Assembly: GCA_028278555.1 (NCBI GenBank)
Contig: JANQEA010000072.1
Coordinates: 39,195 to 103,194, forward strand
Direction of reading: 5' to 3'
Source of the DNA: Candidatus Bipolaricaulota bacterium
GTDB taxonomy: Bacteria; Bipolaricaulota; Bipolaricaulia; UBA7950; UBA9294
Length of the DNA stretch: 64,000 nucleotides
Under the pieces are notes generated by a model. It saw only the letters and a program-made list of their open reading frames with translations, was not told the origin of the DNA and did no database searches. The position numbers were made by a program, and so were the translations under genes. Positions 38,968-48,073 of this stretch are shown piece after piece (within the stretch, counting starts at the first letter, position 1; every line of letters begins with the position of its first letter).

Positions 38968-40192
38968 ATCTCATCGCCTCCACAGGTTCGAACTTCGTTG
39001 CGCGCCATGCCGGGAACAGAGCGGCGATCATCGCGATGGCGGCCATGATGACCGCCGAGAGGATCACGTTTGCGGTGTCGATCCTCAGGTGGAGGACACC
39101 GGAAAGACCGAGTGCACGCATCATGTCCGCAAACTGTCTCGGCAGCGGAATGCCGCCGATCGCCTCGACAATCCAGATCAATGCGACGCCGACAACCGCG
39201 CCGTACAGCGCACCGATCCCGGAGATCAAGCCCGCCTCGGTCAGGATCATCCCCATCACCCGACGCCGGGACGAGCCAAGGGCGAGGATCAGGCCGATCT
39301 CCCGCGTCCGCTCCATCACCGACAGGTAGAGGGTGTTGACGACGACCAACGCTCCGAGGGCAAAGAACGTCCCGGCGATGAGGAGCAACATCGGGCGCAG
39401 GATCCGCATATAGCTATCGACGATCGGCGCGAGCTGCCGCCAGTCGACGATCTCGAAGCCTGCGGGGAGAGAGGCGCTGATGTCCGATGTCACCTCATCG
39501 ATCACGTCGACGTCCCATGGGCCGGTGACGCCGTCGACCATCGCGACGACCGCGGTCGCTGCCGTGGGGCGGCGGACGAGCGCTCGTGCCGAATCGAGGT
39601 CGATCTGAATCAGCGAGCGGCCCATCGACGCGTCCGGCGCATCGTAGATCCCGACGATCGGGACCCTCAGCACCCCCATCGCCGCATCCGGATGGACGCC
39701 GAGGAGGATGACGTCGTCCCCGACTGTCAAATCGAGCGTCACGGCGAGTTCCTCTCCGAGGACGGCCCCGTTCGTTCCGCTTGCCAAGTACTCCCCGTCG
39801 ACGATCAGCGTCTCGATCGGCGTGATCCGAGCGACCGTCTCCGGTTCGACGCCCTGCACGAGGATCGCCTGCGAGCGATTGCCGGCCGAGGCAAGCGCCG
39901 GAACGTCGAGGCGGACCGTCCGCCACGCAACACGCTCCTCCGCGTCGAGCGTCGCGAGGATCGGCGCAGCGTCGTCGATCAGCGGGAGCGTCCCTCCGGT
40001 CGCACGTTCCTGGACCTCGCGAACCTGGAAGTGTCCCGACTCCAATCCAGTCGCCGTCTCGAACATGTCGCGGAGGTTGGCCGACGCGAACCCGAACATG
40101 AAGACGAGGGTGTAGACGGGGATCAACACCGCGAGGAGCGTCAGCAGGCTCCGCCCCTTGTTCCTCTTCAGGTGACGTATTGCGGCCTTCAT
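38957..40192 (-). CDS. ABC transporter permease, FtsX/MacB-like
   Basis: N-terminal TM, a large extracytoplasmic domain, and three C-terminal TM helices with ERTREIGLILALG. Confidence 0.8.
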   Translation of the reverse strand: MKAAIRHLKRNKGRSLLTLLAVLIPVYTLVFMFGFASANLRDMFETATGLESGHFQVREVQERATGGTLPLIDDAAPILATLDAEERVAWRTVRLDVPALASAGNRSQAILVQGVEPETVARITPIETLIVDGEYLASGTNGAVLGEELAVTLDLTVGDDVILLGVHPDAAMGVLRVPIVGIYDAPDASMGRSLIQIDLDSARALVRRPTAATAVVAMVDGVTGPWDVDVIDEVTSDISASLPAGFEIVDWRQLAPIVDSYMRILRPMLLLIAGTFFALGALVVVNTLYLSVMERTREIGLILALGSSRRRVMGMILTEAGLISGIGALYGAVVGVALIWIVEAIGGIPLPRQFADMMRALGLSGVLHLRIDTANVILSAVIMAAIAMIAALFPAWRATKFEPVEAMRYVE

Positions 40193-40974
40193 GGCGAGTC
40201 CGTCCCTCCGATCAGGGTCTCCAGCGTGAAGAACGATGGATCGAGGTCAAGATTGAACTCGGGGTCGATCACCTGCTGGAGGGTTCGATCCCCGCTGGCG
40301 CTCTCGATGACGACCATCGTCGGAACGAGGAGGCCGTCGATCTCGATCACCTCGGAGAACGTCGCCGTCTGGAGGACCGCGCCGCGCTGGTCGTAGTAAA
40401 GGAGCTTCTCCATCACGAAGTCGGCCGTCACCCAGATCTCGAGCTTCCCGTAGACGACCGGCGCGTCGGCGTGCGGGATCAGCGTCAGGAACCAGTGCGC
40501 GTCGCTCTCGTCTGTCTCATCGTCCGGGAGGATCTCGACGGACACGTCGTAGTCATCGGAGAGCGTCCCGTGAGATAGATCGTCGAGCGACGGGCCGGAG
40601 CCGAAGAGCGCATCGGTGAGCGCGACGACCGGAAGCTCGATCGCCATGCCGACGAGTGGCGCGTAGTACCAGAGCTTCCCGTCCGCCTCGAGGTAGCCGG
40701 AGCCGGCGTCCTCCTCCGGCTCGAGGACCCGGATCAGCGCCAGATCCTCTCCGAGGGTCCAGATCTCGAGGACGTGGATCTTCGTCGCCCCGCCGAGTGT
40801 GATTTCCAAGCGGATGGTTCCGTGGAAGCTCTCCCCTTGCCACGCTTCGCGGGTCCGTTCGAGGATCTCCTCTGCAGTCAGCTCAGGCGTCTCCTGCGCT
40901 GCGATGATGAGGGACAGTCCGATCCCGAGCATGAAGAGCACGAGCAGCATCACGGTTCGTTTCATGTCGATCAT
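40189..40974 (-). CDS. LolA-like outer-membrane-lipoprotein-sorting-fold protein (secreted)
   Basis: Signal peptide. ...EITLGGATKIHVLEIWTLGEDLALIRV...EADGKLWYYAP... is typical of LolA-fold partners of FtsX-type ABC systems. Confidence 0.55.
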   Translation of the reverse strand: MIDMKRTVMLLVLFMLGIGLSLIIAAQETPELTAEEILERTREAWQGESFHGTIRLEITLGGATKIHVLEIWTLGEDLALIRVLEPEEDAGSGYLEADGKLWYYAPLVGMAIELPVVALTDALFGSGPSLDDLSHGTLSDDYDVSVEILPDDETDESDAHWFLTLIPHADAPVVYGKLEIWVTADFVMEKLLYYDQRGAVLQTATFSEVIEIDGLLVPTMVVIESASGDRTLQQVIDPEFNLDLDPSFFTLETLIGGTDSP

Positions 40975-40980
40975 CCTTTC

Positions 40981-42207
40981 CTACCCTTCTCGGATTGCCG
41001 TCACCGGCTCCAGCTTGGTCGCGCGTCGCGCCGGATACCACGCGGCGATCAGTCCGGTGAAGACGACGACGGAAAAGCTGGCAATCCAGTAGATCCCGGA
41101 GGACGACGCGTAGAGGACCGTCGGGATTCCGAACTCGGCCCCCAAGTCCCCGATCATCCCTCCGAAGTCGAGCCCGACGCGAGAGAGATAGAGAAGACCC
41201 GCGTATCCGACCGCCCCCCCGGTGACGAACCCGATCGCAGACACGTAGAGCGACTCGAACAGGATGACGAGCGCAAGCTGCTTGGCGCTCATCCCGACGG
41301 CCGTCATCATCCCGAACTCCCGCGTCCGCTCGAGGACCGAATAGAAGACGGTGTTCGCCACACCGAAGCCAGCGAGGAGCGCGACCATGACGACGAACGG
41401 AATCAGTTTGACCGTGCTCCCGGAGAGCATCAGGCGGAGCATCGGATTCAGCTCGAAGTAGGTCAGGACCTCGACATGGGCGTGCCCGTCCAGCGCTGCT
41501 TGGAGTCGGTTGGCGGCACGGTCCCGGTTCGTCCCCCGCGGGATCGAGACGACGACCGATGTCGCGGCTTCCTGTGCGGCAAGCGTTCGTGCATCATCCA
41601 GCGGCACGAAGACGGTCGCGTCAAGCGTCGTCAGCCCGGCATCGACGATTCCGACCGTAGTGAACGACTGCGACGTCGACGCGCCCTCGGCGAACGCCAA
41701 CAGGACGACCCGCTCGCCGACGCGAACGTCGAGATCCCCGGCCGCCTTCCGGGTGAGGACGATCTCCCCTGGCCCGGCGACGAAACGACCCTCCCGGACC
41801 GTCTCATCGACTTGCGTGACCAGCGGCTCGCGGATCGGATCGATCCCGCGGATGACGACGGCGAGCGTCCCGTAGGCGCTCCGAAGCATGCCACCGGTCT
41901 CCATCCGGAGGCTCGATGCCCAGGTCGTCGGGAACTCGGTCAACGTCGACTGGATCGTCGCGACCTCGGCCGAGGTCAGACCGTTCTCCGGGATGGGGTC
42001 GTCGCTGTAGGCCGGCGTGCGGACTTGGAAGTCGCCCGAGTCGTAGTCGATCTGCGTCGAGATCATCGAGTCGATGAAGCCCTCGGTGAGTCCCCACATC
42101 AGCAGGATCAGGGCGCTGCCGAACGCGACGATCGCGATCATCAGGATCGTCCGCTGCGGATGCCGCCACAATCCCCGCCATCCTATCTTCGCTAACGTTC
42201 CATTCAT
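40981..42207 (-). CDS. ABC transporter permease, FtsX/MacB-like (second)
   Basis: Same architecture as 38957-40192. ERTREFGMMTAVG motif. Confidence 0.8.
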   Translation of the reverse strand: MNGTLAKIGWRGLWRHPQRTILMIAIVAFGSALILLMWGLTEGFIDSMISTQIDYDSGDFQVRTPAYSDDPIPENGLTSAEVATIQSTLTEFPTTWASSLRMETGGMLRSAYGTLAVVIRGIDPIREPLVTQVDETVREGRFVAGPGEIVLTRKAAGDLDVRVGERVVLLAFAEGASTSQSFTTVGIVDAGLTTLDATVFVPLDDARTLAAQEAATSVVVSIPRGTNRDRAANRLQAALDGHAHVEVLTYFELNPMLRLMLSGSTVKLIPFVVMVALLAGFGVANTVFYSVLERTREFGMMTAVGMSAKQLALVILFESLYVSAIGFVTGGAVGYAGLLYLSRVGLDFGGMIGDLGAEFGIPTVLYASSSGIYWIASFSVVVFTGLIAAWYPARRATKLEPVTAIREG

Positions 42208-42393
42208 CGCATCTCCGTTTCCTCACCGACCAGGAAAGCCGTTCCGATCGGAGGCTTTCCGAGGAACGAGGGCCGCTACGCGAGCGGTCCGTTCCCGCCG
42301 ATCCTTCGCTAGCGTCCGATTCATCTCGCCTCCTGTCTGTTCATCATCTCATCCTCCGGGCGTGCGCTTCGCAGCCCATCATGCACACCTCGT

Positions 42394-42531
42394 CCACCAA
42401 GAGAACCGCTGAGCGGTTCTCTCACGCGCCGGCGCCGCCTGTGCGGCGACTGCGCGAACTCATCCCACCGAGAGAACCCGTTCATTGGCGATTCTCTCAC
42501 GCGCCGGCGCCGTCTGTGCGGCGACTGCGCG
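42394..42531. repeat. Two tandem copies of a 71-75-nt intergenic unit containing hairpins
   Basis: A 40-nt core TTCTCTCACGCGCCGGCGCCGYCTGTGCGGCGACTGCGCG occurs at 42417-42456 and 42492-42531 (39/40 identical). Both are preceded by CCACC(A/G)AGAGAACC. Confidence 0.7.
42401..42421. promoter_or_regulatory. Perfect 9-3-9 palindrome, candidate TetR-family operator
   Basis: GAGAACCGC-TGA-GCGGTTCTC lies between tetR and the downstream ABC genes. A degenerate second copy is at about 42472-42498. Confidence 0.35.
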
Positions 42532-42548
42532 CAGGGCTCTTCTCGTCC

Positions 42549-42597
42549 GCGGATGGACTCACTTGACTCGCCTCGCAGGACAAGTGAGTCCATCCGC
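42549..42597 (-). terminator. Perfect 17-bp hairpin overlapping the last 12 codons and stop of tetR
   Basis: GCGGATGGACTCACTTG-15 nt-CAAGTGAGTCCATCCGC. The tetR stop (42559-42561) lies inside the left arm. Confidence 0.4.
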
Positions 42598-43179
42598 GAT
42601 GATCTGCGGCGCCAGGTCGACCATCGATGTGTAGAGCGGTCCGGGAATCCGGTCCCGGTTGAATGCGAGCATCTTCACCAGGCCGAGCGAGTAGGAGATC
42701 AGGAAGGGATCCCCCTCGATGATCTCGCCTCGCTCTTGGGCTTCAGCGATCTTCTGAAGCATCGGTGCGAATGTCGGGGCGACCTGCTGCAAGACCGCGT
42801 CGTAGTCGATCACCGACGCGATCCGCTCAATCTCCGATGGGTCGTCCATCAGAATGCGCGCCATCGCGTTCTCCTCCATCTCACGGACAATCCCCTTCAT
42901 CAGCAGGATCAGCGCCTCGCGTGTGTCGTCGGTCGTTCCGAACGACTCATCGGTCAGCCGCTGCATCATCGCCGGGATCTCCTGCATGAAGACCTCGACG
43001 AAGAGCTTCTCCTTGCTGTCGAAGAAGAGGTAGAAGCTCGCCTTGGCGATGCCGACCGGCTTCGTCAGATCCTCGATCGTCGTCTTCTTCAGCCCATAGC
43101 GGAGAAAGCACGTGCGGCCTGTCTCCAGCAGCCTCTCTCGGATCGTCGTCTTCTCTACATCTGTGAACGCTCTCGGCAT
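42559..43179 (-). CDS. TetR/AcrR-family transcriptional regulator
   Basis: N-terminal HTH TIRERLLETGRTCFLRYGLKKTTIEDLTKPVGIAKASFYLFFDSKEKLF. Confidence 0.85.
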   Translation of the reverse strand: MPRAFTDVEKTTIRERLLETGRTCFLRYGLKKTTIEDLTKPVGIAKASFYLFFDSKEKLFVEVFMQEIPAMMQRLTDESFGTTDDTREALILLMKGIVREMEENAMARILMDDPSEIERIASVIDYDAVLQQVAPTFAPMLQKIAEAQERGEIIEGDPFLISYSLGLVKMLAFNRDRIPGPLYTSMVDLAPQIIADGLTCPARRVK

Positions 43180-43557
43180 GGCTGTGTCCTTGTGAATCTT
43201 TTTCTTATGCGGTCACAGAGTATACAGCGCGCTCCGCTGGAGTCAAGGACTGCGGAGCGCGGAGCAGTTTCGCACAACGATGAGACGGTGCGAAACATGC
43301 TGCCGGTAGGAGAGGCGACATGAGAGAGGAGGAGAGGGAGCAATCTCGAGTCCGAAGCGCATGAAGTATTGACCATGGGGTCGCACGGTCGTAGCATGGC
43401 ACGCACGGATGATCCTGCCGACGAGGGGTGGAAAGAGCAGTCAGTAGGGAGCTGCCCGGACGGAAACGGCCTCAATACCAGACACGCTTTCGCGCACTAA
43501 TCGGAGCAGTGTCCTGTAGACGACCGGCGAACCGTTGGGGCTAGCTAGGGAGCGAGC

Positions 43558-44415
43558 ATGGATCTGGCCGAGAAGTCACTTGAGCTACTCAAATCGCTGG
43601 AACGACATGCAGAACACCTTCCCTATAGTCGTGACGATCTCCGCACAGCGTTCTTCCTGAAGGTCGTTGAATGCTTGAATGCGTTCTTCTTTGCGCATCT
43701 GAGCGTTGATCTTGCGTCACGGATCGACGCAGGACAGATCAAGCTTGCACTTCAGCCGGGTCACGTCCGACCAGAGAACCTAGAGAAGATTCTGTGCCTC
43801 GACCGCCCCCCATGGAGAGCCAACTACGCGGCCAGCGTGAATCGCCATCTTCTGGTCGATACCTGGGCGGCCTTTGAGGCGTGCAATGCCGGTATCGCGT
43901 ATGAAGTACTCTCAAGGGCAGAAGTGGAGAAGATGCAACTCGCTACGTTCCATGAGGTATGCAAGGTGCTCGCTCGAAGCGGTGTGGCACTCGATTCAGA
44001 CGCAGAGGACCGGCTGAGGCAGAAGCTCAGGACTAGGCACATCCCGATTCCTCGTATGTTCGCTGCCATTGTCAAGAGTGGCAGTCGGCAATACGGACGC
44101 GACCGAAGGCGTGACATGGCATTCCTGGACTTGTATGGGCGCTTGCGGAACTCAATGCACTCGAACTTCGTTTATCACGGCCAGGCGAGGAATTTAGTGT
44201 GGAGGGGTACGGAATTCAGGTTCGAGGATGGCCGCTTCCCGAGGTTCTCTTGCTCCGAGGATGCGTTCCCATATCTCCTGCTCGATATGGTTGACGAGCT
44301 CACACAGGTCTTTGACTCAGCAGTTTCTGTTGTGGATCACAATGAGGTCATTCGGGATCCGATCGAAGAACCGGGATCTCATATCCGGGTCGAAAAGCCA
44401 GAAGGGAGTTCCTAA
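43558..44415 (+). CDS. Hypothetical protein with possible HEPN-type Rx5H motif
   Basis: 285-aa all-helical-looking ORF in low-GC DNA. LYGRLRNSMHSNFVYHG near the C-terminal third resembles HEPN/Abi RNase motifs. AGGGAG lies before the ATG. Confidence 0.45.
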   Translation: MDLAEKSLELLKSLERHAEHLPYSRDDLRTAFFLKVVECLNAFFFAHLSVDLASRIDAGQIKLALQPGHVRPENLEKILCLDRPPWRANYAASVNRHLLVDTWAAFEACNAGIAYEVLSRAEVEKMQLATFHEVCKVLARSGVALDSDAEDRLRQKLRTRHIPIPRMFAAIVKSGSRQYGRDRRRDMAFLDLYGRLRNSMHSNFVYHGQARNLVWRGTEFRFEDGRFPRFSCSEDAFPYLLLDMVDELTQVFDSAVSVVDHNEVIRDPIEEPGSHIRVEKPEGSS

Positions 44416-44674
44416 GTGGCAGGGGCAGATCTTCGATCCAGGGGTGCTCATTCTCCTTCACTATTTCCAACATCAGCAAGATGTATCGGCTATGGCGCAT
44501 CACGATGACGAGGATGATGAATGTGATGCCAGCAACCTGAGCAGGAGGGCGGATGCGGCTGCGTCGGCTGAAAAGCGGCCGGAGGAGATCAGGGGCGCAA
44601 ACCACGACTCAGCGCGAAGATAAGGTGTATGCCCTCCGAACTGCCCCAAACCACCCTGCGAGCGGCTTGCGCTG

Positions 44675-45694
44675 CTAGGGCTCGGCATTGGTACGGGGAG
44701 GCAAGAGCTTCCGATAGATCTCGATGATCAGGTCGTCAATGCGATTCCAGTTGAATGAGTCGTCACTGGTGCCTTCGTACAGGTCAATCATCCTGTAATC
44801 GGACAGGTCGGGATTCCCGCCTTCTGCGATCACTTCGGCGCTTGCCCAGGGGAGGAGTCGCCAATCCGCAGGTAGTTCGGGATCGATCCGCGCTACGACT
44901 TGTGCCACGTTGTTGTAGTAGTCATAGAGGAACATCTCCTTCGTGTACTGGCGGTTCTCCTCCTCGTTGTAGTACTCGTCATCCTCTTCATAGGTCCAAT
45001 CGTCGTTCCCGTCCTCTTTGTGCATCTCCCGCAGACGCTCGATCCAGTCGTACTCGATCTCCTCGGACTCCGAGTAGTCTAGGAGATACTCCACGAACTG
45101 ATCGGAGTAGAACGAGTCAGCGATCGCCGTGATTCCTGCCCCCATGAACCACAGTATGAGTCCGCCGTTCAGGAGGAGTTCCTCCATCACGATCATGATG
45201 TCGCCCGTGAACCCACCGAATGTCGAGTGGAGACCAGCATCCTCAATCTCGAAGTGCCTCTCCGCGACCATCCACGACAGGAGCTCTCGAACGCGACGCT
45301 CATCTGCGTCGTGGTATGCCATAGCTGCCCGAAGTGGAATCGGAGAAGATGTGTCTCGTCGTAGTGTCCCGCTACCGGGATCGAAAGCGAACACTTTGCG
45401 GCCCGACCTGAGAGCATAGTCCCGTTCGAACGATACCCAGAACGACTTGCAGGACGAGCCGCCCTCGAGGTAGATGAGGCCGGTGCAGTCCAAGATCGTG
45501 GGGATGATCTCACTGCTGACGGGTTTCGAAGGATCCGGCTCCTGACGCGGGAAGGTCACGGCGTTGACGCTCTTGGGGAGTAACTTGCGCAGCTTCTTCA
45601 GTGCAGCGTCGTCGTCGTAGGAATGGGACACGAAACAACTATCAGGTAGATCTCCCGGTTCGACAACACTTCGTTTTGATCTGCTCTTGCCCAT
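44675..45694 (-). CDS. TIR-like domain protein (one clear, one possible second TIR-like module) with acidic C-terminal region
   Basis: SCFVSHSYDDDAALKKLRKLL...GLIYLEGGSSCKSFWVSFERDYALRSGRKVFAF fits the TIR/DUF1863 pattern (hhSHS..D ... S.W...E). A second stretch AAMAYHDADERRVRELLSWM is weaker. Confidence 0.55.
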   Translation of the reverse strand: MGKSRSKRSVVEPGDLPDSCFVSHSYDDDAALKKLRKLLPKSVNAVTFPRQEPDPSKPVSSEIIPTILDCTGLIYLEGGSSCKSFWVSFERDYALRSGRKVFAFDPGSGTLRRDTSSPIPLRAAMAYHDADERRVRELLSWMVAERHFEIEDAGLHSTFGGFTGDIMIVMEELLLNGGLILWFMGAGITAIADSFYSDQFVEYLLDYSESEEIEYDWIERLREMHKEDGNDDWTYEEDDEYYNEEENRQYTKEMFLYDYYNNVAQVVARIDPELPADWRLLPWASAEVIAEGGNPDLSDYRMIDLYEGTSDDSFNWNRIDDLIIEIYRKLLPPRTNAEP

Positions 45695-46153
45695 CGTACC
45701 GACCGCCGTCTTGCTGCTTCTCTACCTCCGTTGGAGCTGCACGCATGCTCGCATCTCATCCAGTCCGCTCACGTCAGCGGTGCGTCAGATTCTCTCGCCA
45801 GGCAAGGTTATCATACATTCGGAGAAGAAGGGAGACAAGTAGTGGGCTCTGGGAGAGACCGGGGAGGCACAGACCATAGCTCGGCGCAGAGATGAGGTAT
45901 GTATCCCCACACACGATCCCCGTGGAGACCATATAGACTGCAGGAATCAGTGCAAGTAGGAATCCTGCCCTCTCACGACAGAATACCCGGGCAATCATGC
46001 GTCATGAGCTTGCTGTGGAGGTTGCATGGTTGTAGGGTGGAATGCGGGGATGCTAATGGCACTGTTGGAGACGGAAGAACACGGGGAGAGGAGCGAGACT
46101 TGAGAGGGCTGCACTGAGCGGGCAGCAGTCATTGTCAGCCGCCAAGCAGGAGT

Positions 46154-47056
46154 GTGAGGATGGGATCGGATGCGCTTGTCACTCTGCTCACGTGGGATCG
46201 CCTTGTGCCTTGGAAGGTTCTGTCGCTGCCCGGACGAATCACAGACGACTTCGTCCCAGTGGGATATGGATCCAGGAGCACCGTGTTTCGGGGCCGAGCC
46301 AAGCAGAAGGGCAGCACTCTCTGGGTTGTCACCAGACCTAGGCCCGAGGGCCTTCATCCGCCCTCGCTTGTGGCCCGGCTGACGATCGAGGGACTCTACA
46401 CGAAGCAGGATTGTCCCGCACGCTATCGGTCGAAGGCTGTGGAGGAGTTGCTCGAGCAATGGGGCTGGGTCGCTGTGAGCAACCCTGAGGAGAGTGAGTT
46501 CTTCGAACTCAACGATGCGAGTTCAGCCCTTCAAACCCTTCAGATCAAGTCATTCAGCGTCATGCGGAGCTTCCCGGGAGGTACGGAGAGAGTCCAAGAG
46601 GCGTTTGGCTCTTGCATGAGACAGGCCCGCGATCGAGTAGTGTTCCTGAGCCATACACATCAGGAGAGCGCGGAGTTTGCTCTGGCTCTATCGAGAGAGC
46701 TGAGAGAAGAGGGCTTCAGTCCTTGGCTGGACTCCCTCACTCTGCCGTCGTACAAGATCGATCGTGTGGCAAGTCCCTCGCCTAGGCGACTCTCGAAGCT
46801 GATTCGGATCGGGATCCAGAGGAGTAGTCTGGCGGTGGTCATCGGAACCGAGAGCTTCGGGAACACAGTATGGACGAGCAGAGAGCGGGAGTGGATCCGT
46901 GCGCGGAGGAGGCAGAGCGAGCAGTTTCGTTGCGTCGAAATCGAGCGGGGAGCGAGGAAGCTGCGCAGCTGCGATGGCAGGTTTGCCGAAGAACCGCCCA
47001 GAGCCCTCGCTCGTAGGATCTCTGCTTGGTGGCAGGAGAGCGGGGCAAGCCGCTAG
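46154..47056 (+). CDS. TIR-domain protein with uncharacterised about 165-aa N-terminal domain
   Basis: C-terminal RVVFLSHTHQESAEFALALSRELREEGFSPWLDSLTLP...IQRSSLAVVIGTESFGNTVWTSREREWI matches the TIR layout, including the W..xE glutamate. The start is GTG 46154 or ATG 46160. Confidence 0.7.
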   Translation: MRMGSDALVTLLTWDRLVPWKVLSLPGRITDDFVPVGYGSRSTVFRGRAKQKGSTLWVVTRPRPEGLHPPSLVARLTIEGLYTKQDCPARYRSKAVEELLEQWGWVAVSNPEESEFFELNDASSALQTLQIKSFSVMRSFPGGTERVQEAFGSCMRQARDRVVFLSHTHQESAEFALALSRELREEGFSPWLDSLTLPSYKIDRVASPSPRRLSKLIRIGIQRSSLAVVIGTESFGNTVWTSREREWIRARRRQSEQFRCVEIERGARKLRSCDGRFAEEPPRALARRISAWWQESGASR

Positions 47057-47122
47057 ACATGAGACTCAAGCGGTCGGCCGCGGCGGTCTTGGAAATGTTG
47101 GGATGAGGTGCGGAGACATCAG

Positions 47123-47674
47123 ATGAAGGACAGAGAACCAGTGGACCTGCAAGGCAAGCTAGTCGGTTTGGATTCGGAGAGCTATGGGCCGGAGCATCGG
47201 AAACACACGTTAGACCTATACACGGCATACGCGCAGACAGTCGAGTGGGTGAGCGATCGGCGCCAGAGAGCCAACTCGTTCTTCCTCTCGATCAACACGG
47301 CGGTCATTGCGCTCATAGGATACGCTCAATCGGTTGGAGGAGTGGACATGGCATCACCGATCAACCTCCTCGTGCCACCTGCCGGGATGATCATCTGCTA
47401 CACATGGTATCGGGTGCTTCGATCATATGGGGGATTGAACAAGGGGAAGTTCGACGTCATTCTAGCGCTCGAGGAGATTCTGCCAGTGCGCCTCTTCAAA
47501 GCGGAGTGGGTGGCGCTTGGAGAAGGGCGAGAGCCAAGACGGTACAAGCCGCTTGGCAAGCTTGAGGCCGTGATTCCTTGGGTCTTCTTTGCCATACATC
47601 TTGCTGTTGCTTCTCTTGCGGTCTACAACTGGCTCGCCATCGGTATGTGCGAGCGAATCGCGGTTCGCCCATGA
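47123..47674 (+). CDS. Three-TM membrane protein (SLATT/RipA-like?), candidate effector
   Basis: ATG 47123 after GGAG (alternative GTG 47108). LYTAYAQTVEWVSDRRQRANSFFLSINTAVIALIGY (TM1), INLLVPPAGMIICYTWYRVL (TM2), AVIPWVFFAIHLAVASLAVYNWLAI (TM3). The family name is from memory only. Confidence 0.6.
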   Translation: MKDREPVDLQGKLVGLDSESYGPEHRKHTLDLYTAYAQTVEWVSDRRQRANSFFLSINTAVIALIGYAQSVGGVDMASPINLLVPPAGMIICYTWYRVLRSYGGLNKGKFDVILALEEILPVRLFKAEWVALGEGREPRRYKPLGKLEAVIPWVFFAIHLAVASLAVYNWLAIGMCERIAVRP

Positions 47675-47754
47675 TCGAGTGATGGTGCAGAGGCCAGGGG
47701 ACACAGTCCGAACTCCTTTGGCCGGATGGCTCCGATGTGGTAGCGTCCAGCGAG

Positions 47755-48000
47755 ATGAGCTCTCGACGGAGTGCACGGACAGTTCGAGTCTACTGCGCTA
47801 GCTGCGGCTTCTACCTCTACAAGTACCGGAAGGGTGGGGGCGGGAAGCTGGTCAAGTGCTTCGTGGACAAGATCGTCCAGGACAACACAGAGGGGGATCT
47901 GCGCTGTCCGAGCTGCGGGCAGGCATTCGCCCGAGAGACGATGGTCTACGGCCGGCCGGCGAACAAGATCATCCAGGGGAAGGTGACGGTGAAGCGGTGA
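47755..48000 (+). CDS. Small zinc-ribbon protein (hypothetical)
   Basis: CASCG...CPSCG pairs in an 81-aa basic protein. The track ORF starts at 47737. Confidence 0.45.
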   Translation: MSSRRSARTVRVYCASCGFYLYKYRKGGGGKLVKCFVDKIVQDNTEGDLRCPSCGQAFARETMVYGRPANKIIQGKVTVKR

Positions 48001-48073
48001 GGGCTCAGTGCACGCAGAGGACGTGCTCCGCGTCGACGACCGGCAGTGACATCCAACTCCGGGGAGGAACTCA

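Noticed and set aside
39089-42195. Two long plus-strand ORFs (435 aa and 473 aa)
   Set aside because: They are antisense to the FtsX permease, LolA-like and second permease genes. They are Asp/Arg/His-rich without motifs. They are shadow ORFs.
42417-42531. Possible mini-CRISPR (40-nt repeat, 35-nt spacer, 40-nt repeat)
   Set aside because: There are only two repeats. The supposed spacer is itself homologous to the sequence preceding the first repeat, so this is a tandem duplication of a 71-75-nt unit. No cas genes and no leader are in the window.
45695-46153. Sigma-70 promoters and a 74-aa ORF (45774-45998, minus) in the TIR divergent spacer
   Set aside because: Candidate -35/-10 pairs (for example TTGCAT ... 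GCTAAT) have wrong spacing. The small ORF has no RBS and no recognisable features. It was left uncalled.
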